Assembly: GCA_002633005.1 (NCBI GenBank) | Contig: NMRA01000088.1 | Coordinates: forward strand, 982,476 to 1,046,475 | DNA: 64,000 nt | Direction: 5' to 3' | Origin: Phoronis australis | Lineage: Eukaryota > Animalia > Phoronida | Shown: piece by piece, positions 37,612 to 51,029 of the stretch | How positions within the stretch are numbered: position 1 is the stretch's first letter | How the letters are laid out: each line of letters opens with the position of its first letter | The notes under the pieces: generated by a model | What the model was told of the DNA's origin: nothing | Database searches by the model: none | The model's input: only the letters and a program-made list of their open reading frames with translations | Made by a program: the position numbers and the translations under genes

Positions 37612-39522
37612 CTATGAGTTCAAAATAAGGGTCAACAGTAGGCACAGAAACTAAGAGCTAAACAAAAAATGCTTCATGCAACCAACTTAAAAAAACTGGA
37701 CTACAGGCAATATGCAGTAACTGCACTTGTGTATACTGTGTTAACCTGGGGGGGAGCTAAAGCTGTGACTAAACATAAGAAGGTTACCTTTCAGCAAAAT
37801 CCAACTACCCCATTTAAGCTGAGCACAACCAAACAACAGCTCATGAGTTTTTGATGAAGGGTGAGAAACGAACGAGAGTCTTGAACTGAAATTTACCAGG
37901 AGAGTGTTTGGTATGATTTAGAGCTACAATTGGTTGGCCAATAAGGTTATGAACACTGCACTGAATGTCCAGTCTGTGCTCCCGAGAGATGTCGAAAATT
38001 TGGCAAATGTAGGCCAAGTACACGTCAAGATAATGAGCTGATTATGGTTAGTAAAATGTCATGAAGCTTGACAAACAGTTGATTTACTGGAAATTCAGCA
38101 AGCAAATGTTTTCCAATGATCAGATAGTTCTTGAATTTCAAACCATTTCAGGACTTCTAGATACGATTGTAGTACCCACTATTACACATTGATTTCAAGA
38201 ACAAGTTTCTCTCTACAACTGTCCACTAAGGTTCAAATGTTTATGGCATCTAAGTTAGTGACAAGCATGCTTGACAAGAATTATGGAAAACAAGAGTTTG
38301 GTCAGTTATTGAGTCTTTGCTCAAACACCATTCCGCTACACGATGAACTAAAGAGCAGCCTAGTCAGCCATCTAGCTGTATAAAGTCCAACGTCACAATA
38401 CAGCTAGGAACCACTGTGTGTTAACCTCGCACAGACCTTGAAAATTCAGACTGCCCGGATAGTTTTGCTAGTCAAGTCATTGCGAAACTTATATCAAAAC
38501 AATCTAATAAACGTCATTTCTTACATAATTTTCTGCATAATGTAACAAAGAGAAGTCTGTCGTCATCTTGAAAACAGTATGCTTACGATACATGTATGTG
38601 CCATTGACAACATTTTTGCGACATCTTTCCAGAGACAGAGACAGCTTTGCCAAAGCAAATTTTGCTTTGAAATTCAGTTTACTGGTATCAAAATACCAAA
38701 AACCTACAACGAACTGAAACCAGTCATATTAACCTATTGTGACCCCTACGCAACCTTGCGGAAGAACAGATGATTGAAGAATCGACAAAAAATGGCCAGT
38801 AGGTGACACTCTGTACCACTCTAAGCTCGTTAAAAAATTAAAATTAAATAAGGCTGTCCAGGATTACACAGCGATTCTCAAATCTCGCTGCATTTACCCG
38901 CAATGCCGTAAACATCTGCCAGGCACATTGGTTGCCTCATTTTCGTGCCAATGGAGTTTCACACGTCATTTGTTATTGTCTGATTCTTCGCAAGTTTTTC
39001 TCGGTTGAATTACTCTATTTGTAACATCACTACTGTGTTAGCTGTGGGCTGCATCAGTTTGATAAACTGGACAAATACCCCTGGATGCGTGGTGTGAAAT
39101 TCTTTGTCTTCCCGACATCAATGAGACACGAAAATGTGCCCAATTTCCAAAGGAGAGTTCTATAATCGCCGTGTAATCCAGGATGACCCTATTAGACTGT
39201 TTGTTGTCATAAAATTGGTCTCATAAATGTCCTTAGGGTGATAGGACTCTATTTAGGTTACCAGCAACAACATTGAAACCATCAATGACTCAAGAAAATG
39301 CTTCAGGGTAGGGCAACTTTAAGTTGCAAATCACACATGTATTGACAATCACTTAGCAAATATGGACGCATCCAAGAAAACAGCATAAACCAGAAAGAAT
39401 GCAAGTGTGTGATTAGTACTCGAATTTACCAAGTGTAGAGTTAATAATAGTATCTTGTCATTGAGATGATTTTTATGAGAACATTTTTATGAGAGTGAAG
39501 GCCTACAGCTTTCGGTATTCAC

Positions 39523-39936
39523 CTCTTCTTTCGTCGGCCATAACATGGCCGGGTTCACTCCCGTAACACTCCCGTATCTCGCCCAGAGTGTTCTATTTCG
39601 TCTCAACCAAAAGTCAGGGGTGTAATTTTCAGGCTTTGGCTGGAGTTCCGCACTGCAGAAGTGTTTAAACGTTTTCGCTTTGTTGCGAACTGACAGTCTT
39701 GAAACGTCGCGTAACTTTTCAATTTCCTCTTGACGTACGTCGTCGTCAAAATCATCGAGTTCCCCGAAATCGAATGCATCGTTCTGGGGCCTTGAACAAT
39801 AGTACCTAAGCACAGAATAGCTCAGTGGGCGGCAGGCTACAACTGAGCCACCTTGGGCCCTGACTTTAACTTTGACAGTGTTGTAAATCTTGTCATAATA
39901 CCGAATAAGCACGCAGCATTTGTTGGTCGCAGCCAT
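39523..39936 (-). CDS. GADD45GIP1: GADD45GIP1 exon 1; joined CDS 807 nt (268 aa)
   Basis: aaaATGG start with a basic presequence-like N-terminus; ends WARYGSVTGVNPAMLWPTKEE|gtgaat, the CRIF1 signature ARYG..SGV.P..LWP. Confidence 0.9.
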
Positions 39937-42513
39937 TTTTACAAACGCCAGCGCCGCCAATTGGGAATTACTCATTATCCAAATCGTCTAGGTGGACGCC
40001 CCAGGCCCGGAGCACAGCCAGTCACATGAGGGGCTACGTGCTGCCTATAATACACGGTGCTCAAAATGCCGACGGACAAAATAATTCATTTTATTGTGAT
40101 GAGGGGATCTGCGAAGGATGTGTCCTGGCAATCACAGCATTCGATTTGGGGATGATCTCGCGTTGATTGGAGACCGTGCAATTGAGCTGCAACTCGGAAA
40201 ACTTAAAACATGCTTGGAGAATTTTGTAAAAACTGGTATCTTGCAATGAATCTAGCAAAAAATAATTTTATTGCTTACAAGCGCCTTTTCACTCGAAAAA
40301 TGGTACTTTGGCGATAAATTAGTTGAAACCAAACTGAATTAATATACCTAGGTGCCTCCTGTTTGTCAAAGTTTTGAGTAGTAAGATTGCTTTTCACCGT
40401 CAATCCTTTTTAAGCTGTTTGATAGCGGATTCTACCAGTCTTCAGCTATGGTGCAGACGGATTTGGGGTGTCTCAATTGTCAATTTTAGAAAGAGCTGTG
40501 TTCGACATCCGATTTCTTTAAGTACGCCTTGCGACTAAACAAAAAGTTGGACGCCAAGTGTCACGGCTAGGGGCGAGTTTGGAACATATAAGTGGTATAC
40601 GTACTATACCTGCTGTTTACTGGACAAAGCTGATTCAGACGAAGCCTCAAAGACATCATTCTTACAAAATGTTACGACAAAAGTGTAAAGACGGCGGCAG
40701 GCACAACTGGGCATATTCTGTAAACATGTTACTGTATACGGGTTTGGAGAGTTATATGCCCAGTTGCATAAAACTGCCCAAACAGGGACTCAACTCAGTC
40801 CCGTAATTCTACTGCGTATTCGTAGATTAGTGAAAACCTTGTTATCCTTTCTTGTGCTGTCATCATTACTAAGCCAATGTATCGAGAGTGAACTCTAAGT
40901 TGAATTATCAATATTTTTGAAAATAATGTAGGGAAATTTTCATGCAACGCCCCTAATTTAAGGACTAAGTCCCTAATCATTGTGATTGAAGTAAGGGTTC
41001 ATTTTTAGTTATATTGCTAGAAAATGTCAGCAGTTAAAGAGGAGCTTGTAATAAAGATAAAATGATAGAAGCAATATTACACCAGTGAGTAAGGAACGAA
41101 AAAAAAATACGTAGAAGCTTTGGGGAACTTTTCTGAGTCCCTATTTAGGACTGTTTCATGCAACCGGTTATACAACTGGTTATACGGACCGGGTGACGTA
41201 TCATTCCTTTGGGTCAGAGATTAATTGACTGACGTAAAAAATTGGCACTCTGCATATGCGCGCACCCAGCCTTCAATATGGGGGGATGCCAAAAGTGACT
41301 AAAAAGTGCGATTTTGGCTTTTTAACTAAAATCACAAATTGACGTCTGCAAGAGCGGAAAACAGAATGCGAATGCTCTTTCACTCTAGATTTCAGAAATT
41401 TATGTTAAAATATGTCATTACCAACCAGATTTTTGACAAATTCCTCTGAGTGAAGAGTACCGGTCCCTAACTGGAGTCTGGCCAACAATTCAATACTGAA
41501 CAAAATGGCGGCACTACCGTATCCCAGTAGACAAGAACAGAGGCAAATTTCTAGACTCAATTTACTCTTCACAGCTTCAAAGATTACTGCTGAATACCTT
41601 TCCTGGAAATCCAATCAATTTCCATTTTGTTCATAAAACTGCCGTCAAATGGGACTCACCCCATTTTCCTCATTTTTAGACTAGCTACAAACGGGTCTGA
41701 ACCGAGGCTTAGACCAGTGACGATTGGAAGTGAGATTTATACTGAGTCTACAGTATTGAAGAACCCATTCAGATTCACTGACATCGAAATCACAGAGTGT
41801 CACTCATCAACAAAGATGACGTCCGGCAAAGATGTTTGACCGCACGACTGCCACTGATGTAAAAAAATAATAAAAATAACTGTTGTCAGTAAGCAGTAAT
41901 TCTCAAATCCCGATCATTTTTCACACAATCCCGATTCCCTAAAATTCAACATTTAATCCCGAATCACGACGATTTGAACCGCAATTTCTAAATTCCCACA
42001 GTCAAATTCGCTTCGATCCTGCTTCCAATAATTTCCACACCCGGTGAATCACGGAATTTTTCCGCATTTCCCGCTGGATCGCGGCCCCGGGGATCGATCA
42101 CGATTCCCGAAAAAGCCTTTCCTCCTGGCTTCAGAAAAACTCAGTCCCAGACATCCCCACTTGTCTTTTGTGGAATATAGTTTACCACAGGAACTTCAAA
42201 GTTAAGTTTTCTCCTGATCCGTCAAAAGAGCCACTTCGAGTGATGCAATATCTGTGGCTCATGGTCACGGTGCTGTGCTTCCTTCTGTTCCGCCATAGAA
42301 ATCTAGCCCTGGGCTGGAGTTTTTGACGACAATAGCACAAACAGGTGATCTGAATAGCATATTCGAATCTTAGATAAAAGCAGGTGAGGTAAGTACAGTT
42401 CCTGAATCACGGCCATTTGGCGTTATCTAACGACTGACATCGAACGCTTTTATGTTTAGAACACTCGCGGCTACCTGTCGTCCCATTGATCAGCAGGCTT
42501 TCCGTTCTGCCTT

Positions 42514-43829
42514 ATGAAAATCGCACAAGTCTGCCGCCGATGTCCTGCAATGATGGCTGCTGGAGAGGAAAAAGTATCACTTCATCAGATCTTGGTGAGC
42601 TTTGCCATCGGACACCAATGCTCCATACTCGTCGACAGCATCACAACAGAGTTGCCTATACTGGTCCAGACACTACCCGAACTTTGGGACTTTCCCGTGG
42701 TCTTAAATTTCTGGCACGCTCTAGTCTGCACACTTGTGTCGCTAATCGTTCTGGCTCTGACGAAGTTAACGAATGTTATTGACGTTCTCCACCGACACAG
42801 ACCAGTGCTGCTGTTAACGCTGAATATCCTTAAGGTAGTTCTCATGGTTTTTATGATTACTAACTGGGACAGAACGTCAATTGTGTACGGCAAAAAGTGC
42901 AGCATCGCGTTTCAAGTGATCTGGGTGTTGATAATTTCCGTGGGAAAAGTAGACTACTTATTTGGTTTGGCGTATGTCGCATCGCTTTCTCAAAGGTGTG
43001 TGACTGTGTTCTTCGTTGGAATGGGTTGCAGTGGCATCATTTACGGACTCGTCACGTTTTTCCAAGGTGCCGGAGATTTTGATTGCGTCAACGAACCGCA
43101 AAACGCAACGCGCAGTGGTCTAAGAACATGACCACTGGCGACAAATCAGACAACATGAAAGACTGGAATAATAGCTTGGACTTCACAGGCGGGCATGAAG
43201 TAGTTGTTTTTAGGCCGCTGTTGTTTACCGTAGATTCCTATTTTAGCATCGTAACGGGCATTACCTTTTGCTGCTGCGGTTCACTTCTCTGCCACGTGAT
43301 TGTTCTTCGTCTGCGACCAACGGATGATGACACAGAAGTCCTCAAGCTCATATCCCGGGGCGACACTGATGCTAGCAATGTCAAAGGAGTAACTGACATC
43401 ACAAAGACCGATAATCTTAAGGAGGCAAAATATCGGACGAGTGAGATAGCTAAAGAAAAGTCAGGGACCCAAACTGCAAAGGTCTCAACTCCAGAAGATG
43501 ACAGCGACACCTTGAGAGTGAACGCCATTGTAGTGATTGTGTACGGGTGCTTGCTAAAAGGATTGACTCAAGGTGCCTCTGAGCCGTTGATGACATATGC
43601 AACTTTGCCGTATGGTAACTTATCATTCAGTCTATGTCGCCGGCTTTCTTCTGCCGCAGAACCTCTTGCAAGTATTGTGTACGCTATTTTCCCTACCCAG
43701 TCTATACGGGCCTTGACTTTGATATTTGGAACGTACGTAACATTCTGTGTATACGTTTGTGTAGTAGCCGTTATGAGCCCTTCACCCCCTTTCGTCTCAA
43801 CTCACCCTGTCCTTGGCAGTAGCTTAGTG
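42514..43829 (+). pseudogene. SLC52 (riboflavin transporter, RFVT/SLC52A3-like) main coding exon with one frameshift near 43110-43125; pseudogene allele or sequence error
   Basis: Frame A: ELPILVQTLPELWDFP, WDRTSIVYGKKCSIAF, FFVGMGCSG...QGAGDFDCVN. Frame B: TYATLPYGNLSF, EPLAS, AVMSPSPP...LV|gtaagt. All are collinear with SLC52A3 as I recall it. Confidence 0.8.
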
Positions 43830-44727
43830 GTAAGTATTTCTTGTTCATTTCTACAGGCAACTTGTTTAATTATTTGAGAATTATTTAAAGAGGCCTGGAA
43901 CTCGAAAAACACACTAAATTGGCGATATTCGGAATAGTTCTCCGCCAATAAAATAGAATTCAACCTGCTCACCAAGTACTTTACGGTTTGTTTGTAAAGA
44001 TTTTGAATTTCTGTTGATATCGAAGCATTTTTCTTTTGGTTTCAAATTTCAGAAAACTGCTTGTCACGTTGTCAATTTTTCTCCCACAAGGCAAAGTAAA
44101 TCTCCTTACTTGGTATAGCAAGACATAGGCGCACATGTAACACATTTTCCTTATATGGAAAATGTCAACTTGAACCGGGATTTCCTCATATGTCACTTTT
44201 GATGTAAACAAAACAATGGCGACCTCAAGCGGCAGCCACCCCGATTAAGAGGCAACTGATGTAAGTCATAACTTTTTAAAATTAGTTGAAGGTATCATAG
44301 TATTGATATATAATCTAAAGACACTTGGAATTACTTTTGGAAAACTGCTTGCTTCACTGGCAAACCTCATGCTGTGATGTCGACCTCAAATTGGGAGTGT
44401 GATCACACACACATGATAATCTGCCGTTAATATTCATCTTGTCAGTCAACTGTTTGTCGAACGACTGTGAGCACATGCGCGCATTTACTTAAGTGGGAAA
44501 TTCTGTGGTGACTACAAAGTTTTTCCTTTGTGCGTAATTAAAAAAATGTGAGTTTTGGGGTTTCTTTGAAAATTCCCTCACACGGGAAAGTGAATAATTT
44601 TGTAGTGGATGCTGCGAGATGGTACTTTCGTCTCATTACGCACCCGCGCTGCGGAGTGAGTAACCTATCTACTGATAACGGGTGGTTAACTAACGTATTC
44701 AATAAATATGGGCGCCCTGTACATGAC

Positions 44728-44890
44728 CAAGCTGTCACAACGTTCCAAATTGTCACAACTTCAAAAGTGTGACAATTTGGGCCAGGGCTGTAGGCCCAAA
44801 TTGTCACAATTTGCCAAAATTGTCACTGCTTGTGACATTTGGTCTTGCACAGGCCCAAACTAACACAACGGTCCAAATTGTCCCAACAAT
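44728..44890. repeat. Cluster of direct and inverted CCAAATTGTCACA motifs
   Basis: At least 6 degenerate copies in both orientations, resembling transposon subterminal repeats. Confidence 0.7.
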
Positions 44891-46270
44891 GTAAGAAGTG
44901 TAAGGGGCATATATTTGCTACAGTGGTGAAAAATTTTTACCAAAAATTCGCGCTACTATATACGCACTCGCAAACTAAAGCTCAGGCAATGAGAACAGTC
45001 ATCAATTCAGTAAGTGCATGAATATGAGGTTAAAATTATGAATCTAAATATCAATTTGCTCCCCGAAAAATGTACAAGATAAAGACGCGTTTGTAAACAT
45101 ATTTTGTTTTACGGTAAAACCTCGTAATTGAGCAGATGCACTTAAAGGAGTATGCCACCCAAAAAACAACCTAATTTGTATTAATTTAGATCGAGTAGTT
45201 CTACACCATAAGGCCACGTACGGTTGCGTTACCTGACACCTGACGGCAGACGGAGGTGTTGAAATTATCCAATGACGTAATTGGTTTCACACGCAGTCTG
45301 TTCAGCAGTTCACAACACGGGTTACTGCCGGTGTCAGCTTATTGCTTGAACTCACCGTTTAACACCAATAAATCATCAAACTTCGATGTGAAACCCTTAA
45401 AAATACACCGAGTTCCTATAAAAACGTGTTGTTTTATTTCGGTGTTACGGATTTATTGGTGTTTGGACACACCGTAACCTACAAAGTCCGGCAGGCCAAT
45501 AATGTCCGTAGCAGGAGTTTGGGGTCTGTTCGGAGATAAATTTGAAGTATTTTTCCGTGAGATACTGACAGGAGAACCAAGATCTGGGTTGTTTAGACTT
45601 GTTATTTTTTGAGTTCTAAACACACAAAATGCTGGTTATCCTGGACAGTGGCACGAGCCGACCGGATGAGGCCCGTCGCGGCCGGACTGACTCGTTATCC
45701 CGGCCAGTGGCTCGGAAGCCGATCAGACATCACGAACATAAACCCGCCAAAGTTGAAAACTAAACTTCCAGTCAAGAAAATACTATACTAGTGAGCCAAA
45801 GAAGTAAAGTGCACGTGAATATGTTGGTGAATTAGCCACGAAACTGCAATCTACTTAGTCGTTAAGGGCCGCGAATTCAGGTTCCGCTTGGGCCACACCG
45901 TCACGGCACTAATTAAGTTGTACATTGACAATCATTATTTGAGTAATATAAATGTACATAAAGATTCCCCTAACACCTGGCCGTGGGATAGAAATCGAGC
46001 TGTTTCACAACAGTTTCTGTCTGCACGCACTGAATTAGCATGAGCTCACACGACCTCGGTGTCCCGTCAATTGGTTTTATTGCACCTGAAGCCGGCCAGT
46101 AACGCAGTGATTTATTCATTGCTGGCTTCTCAAATTATTTGGACTCACGAATACTCCAAAGGCAATACAAATTGCATCTAAAGAGACAGATTTTGTTTCA
46201 GTTTTATATAAGTATGGGTAGGGGTGAGAATAATTCATTTTGAAACAGAACGCTCAGTAATAAAGGTCAA

Positions 46271-46440
46271 CATGGCAACTCGCAATCCCTACTGGACGAG
46301 GGCTCATCCCGACGAAGACTTCGCAGGTGGATCGTTAAGTTTCACAAGCTATCAGTTCGAACAGGAATACAGTGATGAAGAAATACTAGAGAGGCGCCGT
46401 GAACAAGCTCAGACAACGGAACGTATGGAAAAGTTATTTG
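46271..46440 (+). pseudogene. Truncated N-terminus of a KolX/P2X7-ballast-like accessory ORF
   Basis: MATRNPYW...SYQFEQEYSDEEILERRREQAQTTERM resembles the YxFEPxYT/SxEE leader I recall preceding the Cys-rich domain in these proteins; that domain is absent here. Confidence 0.45.
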
Positions 46441-46459
46441 GTAAGCCGGCATTCGTCAG

Positions 46460-46663
46460 GCACTGTCCCGCGACGGACTGCAGGTCACAAGTACGGAGAT
46501 GTTTCACGGCCTCATACTTGTTATTGACAGCGTACTTTTCATTCTTCACTACCGCGAGCCACTTCCTAAGCATTTCGGACTCTCGACGAAGTCGAAAAAA
46601 TGATATACCCGCTTTCCTCGCAGCTGCATAGTTCAGACAAGCGGGAACGATGCACCGCAACAT
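46460..46663 (-). pseudogene. Truncated THAP zinc-finger N-terminus of a transposon protein
   Basis: MLRCIVPACLN...GISFFRL...LRKWLAVVK...LRTCDLQ follows the C-x4-C...FF...W...C pattern; the final His and the catalytic domain are missing. Confidence 0.75.
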
Positions 46664-49379
46664 AGCTGCAAATGAACCACTGATGTCGCTGCGTCGTTTC
46701 TCACCTTCCTCACACGTTAACGCGACACCTCTCGGCAAGGTAAGGTCGACTGTATGTGAGGCGATGTGGATATAGACCGATTAAGACGGCAAAAAAGACT
46801 AATTACGGGTGGCATTCTCCTTTAACTGTTGAGCTAGGCCTAGTAACAGAGCTTAGGCGCATGAGCCTACATACAAGACATTTGAGTAGAAAAATCTAGC
46901 GAAATGTAACCGGCTACACACATTCGCATATTGTTCCAAAATACAGGGTATCCAGAATTCCCTACCCGCTCACAATATGCTTCTCTCGTGGACGCTATTC
47001 CTGTCTTGCGGACGCTATTCCTGTCTTACGGACGCCATTTCTGTCCACGGTTCCACTACTTTTTTCGCGTCACAGGGAATGCGGGAGCACGGCTGCCCAA
47101 TGTACCAATGAAAAAGCATATCCGTGTGAGGCAAAAAGTTTGAACAGGCCAAAGTTGCGCAAGGGCAGAGAAGTCTAGGCATCCTGCCCATTTCTCAGAC
47201 GGTTGTGGCATCGGATACCCTGATGACTATGTTAAACATTTGAATGATTTCTGAAATCCATGGAAGTTTTGCGGCATCCGTCATTAATCAGATCAGCGCC
47301 AAGAAAAACAACCTTTCAGACAGGTTCAAATAGTTGCCTGAAACTCGTTCGTTGTCGTTTCTTGTCATATCTCACTCTGATCATGGGCGTGCACCCTTAC
47401 TACACATCGAAAAAATTCTGACCACTCACAAACGATTTTATCACGGAAACGAAACTAAACTAAAACTGCAGACTCACGGGTTCTCGTACCATGAACGAAG
47501 AGTTTTTGTTGTGCGATAAGAGTGCTTGTCCGTGTTTAGAATACCAGGAACGCAAAAACTTTAAAAACACCTTTTAAAAATATCCTGACGAATCCTCTTC
47601 TTAGGGATGCTAACTTTGAATATTACAAAAAATTTCTAGAAAAATCGTCAGCTTCACTATTTTTGAAACACATACAAAATATTTTCTTTCACCCCAATAC
47701 AGTTCTCAAACTCTCCGCCCATAACAATGTATATATATATTCACACATAAGGACTTGCCCAGTAAACATTTCCCACGCGCATAACCACTGTTGTTTTGTT
47801 TATATCAAAGGTCAAATGAAACATTTTCCATATGAGCGAAATGTGCTACGTCTATGCCTTGCTACTCCAAATAAAGAGACATGCTTTGCCTTGTAGGAGA
47901 AAAATCGACGAAGTGACGAGCTGTTGACGGATCGTTTTATTTTTTAAATTTAAAACTGAAAAAAAAATGCTTTGACATCAATATCAATTCAGAATCCATA
48001 TGAAAAGACAGCAAAATACCTAGTGAACAGTTTAATTTCTGCTTCAGTAGCAGAGAAACACTTTGGTTTTGGCGTTCCATGTCACTTTAAGGGTGTGTCT
48101 GCACCCCTGGTATTGTTATACGAAAATACTCTGCAACCCGGCTTCAACGGCCTATGCATGCACATGTTTGGATCATGGTGACCGTTCGCATGAACAACTA
48201 CCGCTGCAACACCAGGTATATAATGTTTTAAACGTAGTGCTTTTGACAGAATATCCAATCTTTATAGCTAGAACATTCACCTCACACATCTTATTACTAT
48301 GACAGTTTGGGGTGTTGTGACTATTTCGGCCTGTGCACTCAGCTCTTGTGTACTGGCCTGGTACCGACAATTTCACTTAAAGGGTCAATGCTTGTGGATG
48401 GTCACGTGGTTTCCTGGCATGGACAGTTTCTAGCATGATGAATTTTCGTTCCTGATGTATTAAATTTTCTGTCATGGTGTGCTGAATTTTAGTCCTGAAA
48501 TGTTAAATGGACATGGTAAATTATAGGTCCTGTCGCAATAAGTTTTCGGTCCCGATTTCATAAATTTTGGTCTCGAGTTTTTTGGTATTACACAATGGAA
48601 ATATTGTTTTAGACTGTTTTGAGCTCTTGTCAATATGAAGTCTAGTTTTGAGATATTTATTTTTGATTGTGCGGAATAAAGTTAATGTTCATAAAATTTA
48701 GAAAATATGTGTCCTGGACTTTTTTCCGTTTTGACCTCTCATAGTAATCCTGTAATGGTGTAACAGCTTTATCATACGCAGATTCAACGAGTGCCATCAT
48801 CTAGGTCTAAACAACAGGCTAACACAATGGGCGGAATCCCAGCGAAAATAATTAGAGGAACAAGACAGGTTTCGCCAGAAAAGATCAACACGTGACCAAA
48901 TATTTGTCCTCCAATTAATGGGCAGACGGTTCTATTGAGTTTCCGTCTATTTTCCTCCACCTTTGACACTGCCCCCCGTAACTTCTTGTAGTATCCCCTC
49001 TTAACCGAAGGTGTACACGGAAAAATATGACAGTGGTAGTGAAAAAACACTGTGCTCGAATTCCCAAAGCCTTACCTGATATATCTACGTATGCAATAGG
49101 TATCCGGTGTTGGTGGTGGTGGTGGTGGGCGGGTGGTTGTAACATGAGCCTGTGATTGTTGTGAGCGTGTGGGGGTGTTGTAGCCCCTATACGCTTCCGT
49201 AGTACTCCTTCAAATGACAATCAAAACAGTACATCTGCAATTACTTTCGGGAAAAGGTTTATTCTGCAAGTTGACTTCGCTTTCGTTGTCGTCTTCCCTT
49301 TTTTCATTCAATTTTGCTAATGAGTGTCGCTCCTCAAGAGCGATCCCATTTCTTTCACTTTACGCACGTTATCTTTCAG

Positions 49380-49616
49380 GTTTCGTCGTATATTTTGTTG
49401 ATGTTGATCAAAGGTTACTTGCGATGTGGCTTGGCAACGACGGCTGCTGGAATGGGACAAAAGACGTTGAGGCTTTGCAGCGTGGTGCAAGATTCATTCT
49501 GTATAGTGCTGGTGGCCCCAGCATTTGTCTGCCTCGACGTGTTGAAACTGCTGGCCGATATTCCTCAATGTTCTTACGAGAAATCTCTACTAACATACTT
49601 TCATCCTAGATTTTAA
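49380..49616 (+). CDS. SLC52-like terminal coding exon
   Basis: tctttcag|VSSYILLMLIKGYLRCGLA...LRLCSVVQ...FVCLDVLKLL...* aligns by eye to VASWVLFSGCLSYVK...LLWCG...FPLVNVLRLF. Phase 0 matches the donor at 43829. Confidence 0.75.
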   Translation, partial: VSSYILLMLIKGYLRCGLATTAAGMGQKTLRLCSVVQDSFCIVLVAPAFVCLDVLKLLADIPQCSYEKSLLTYFHPRF

Positions 49617-50709
49617 CTTGACTCGACAATCTGTCATCGAATGTGTTATTGTATTTTAGCATCATTTTGATTTGGTCATCATATTATATAACTTTCACTT
49701 AATGTTCACTGCTACTTTCTGAGGGAAGGGGATTACTAATACTTCCAACTGTTAGTGAACAAAGTGCACCCTTATACGTACATGTTGACTTGTAGTTTTA
49801 TATAAACTTGCTCAGCTCTTCAAGGCAGTGTTTGTTTCACACTCTGCAGTTTATTACAATAGGACTAGTTAGACGCAATCTCATTGTTTCTATCTGTTTC
49901 AACGAACGACCTCTGCGTACATGGCCGAATCACACTTTCACTTGTGTTTTTGTTTTTCTTTTATTTCCCTGTACTTGAGTTATTCTAATAAATATTTTAT
50001 CACTATAAAGGCCGTTGATGTATCTTATTTCAGGACGGAGACAACCTGATGCGGCACAGCAAGGAATTGAATTGTTTGCATATCTCAGTGCCATTTTTAC
50101 CCCTTGCAGATAGGTGTATCGTTCAAAACATGGAGCTGAAAAAATATGAATCAGTCTGTACCACAACAAAATACAATTTCTTATTAGTATAAACCAAGAA
50201 AATGTCCACAAATTTGACTCGTATGGCTTTGTACCGAGAGCTAACGATATCAATACTGCTCCCACAATGGAATTTGTCGAAACGCTGAAGCCTTGAAATG
50301 TGCGCATTTTTATCGCCATCATCGACATCTTACAATGTGCTCCAAAATTGGGCGAAAGGTTTTCCTAAAAAGAAAAAAGAGTCTGTGACAATCCTGAATA
50401 TGTTGGTAAAGGTACACAGTTGCAGCCATTTCACGATCTAGTCATGGAGTGTCCTGAATTAACCTTTGTGTTAATAATCACCAAGACATGCCTAATAATG
50501 AAGTGTGGTTTTGGCCAAACATTTAGATTTTGTTGTTGGCTTCACATAGTTGTACTCCAGTGGAAAGTCTAGTGAATAGATAGCCTTTGTATTTTGCAAG
50601 TCAACGTGAACGATTTTAGGTTGGGAAACAAGTTCACGTTGGACGAAGGCCACCTTGCCAAAACTAAAAAGGGCGTGTGTAAACTCGTCGATCTTTAGAA
50701 GCAGAACTG

Positions 50710-51029
50710 CAGTGGCGGATTTAGGGGGGAGGGGGGCAAATGTACCATGCCCCCTAAAATTCTCCCAGATACTACTTGGCAGTTCGGGGTGCGAATTGCT
50801 GACTAGGACATGCGCCATGCGCGCACCCAGGAGGGCTCGGGGGGCGAATGCACAATGCATAGGCCTTGAACAAACCTCGTTTACCTTTTTTATTGTAGTA
50901 ATACGGTCCACAAATCCAGAAATTCGAGACCTCTGCATCCCTACATTTTAGGTTGGGCGCCCGCGTTTTGCGAAATTCTGGTTATTCCTGTGCCCTGCCC
51001 CCCAACTCAAATTCCTGGATCCGCCCCTG
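50710..51029. mobile_element. MITE, CAG(T/G)GGCGGAT-TIR family
   Basis: cagtggcggatttaggggg ... aaattcctggatccgcccctg. Confidence 0.7.

Larger units (their letters stand above)
45146..46821. mobile_element. Kolobok-type DNA transposon, internal-deletion derivative
   Basis: TTAA TSD (45142-45145, 46822-46825) and 15-bp TIR AGGAG(T/A)ATGCCACCC. Contains convergent ORF stubs: a THAP domain on minus and an acidic YQFEQEYSDEE stub on plus. Confidence 0.85.

Noticed and set aside
43090-43131. Programmed -1 ribosomal frameshift in the SLC52-like gene
   Set aside because: There is no X_XXY_YYZ slippery heptamer in the overlap, and I saw no obvious stimulatory structure.
49930-50328. 132-aa minus-strand ORF with a hydrophobic N-terminus
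   Set aside because: No recognisable domain or convincing exon chain.
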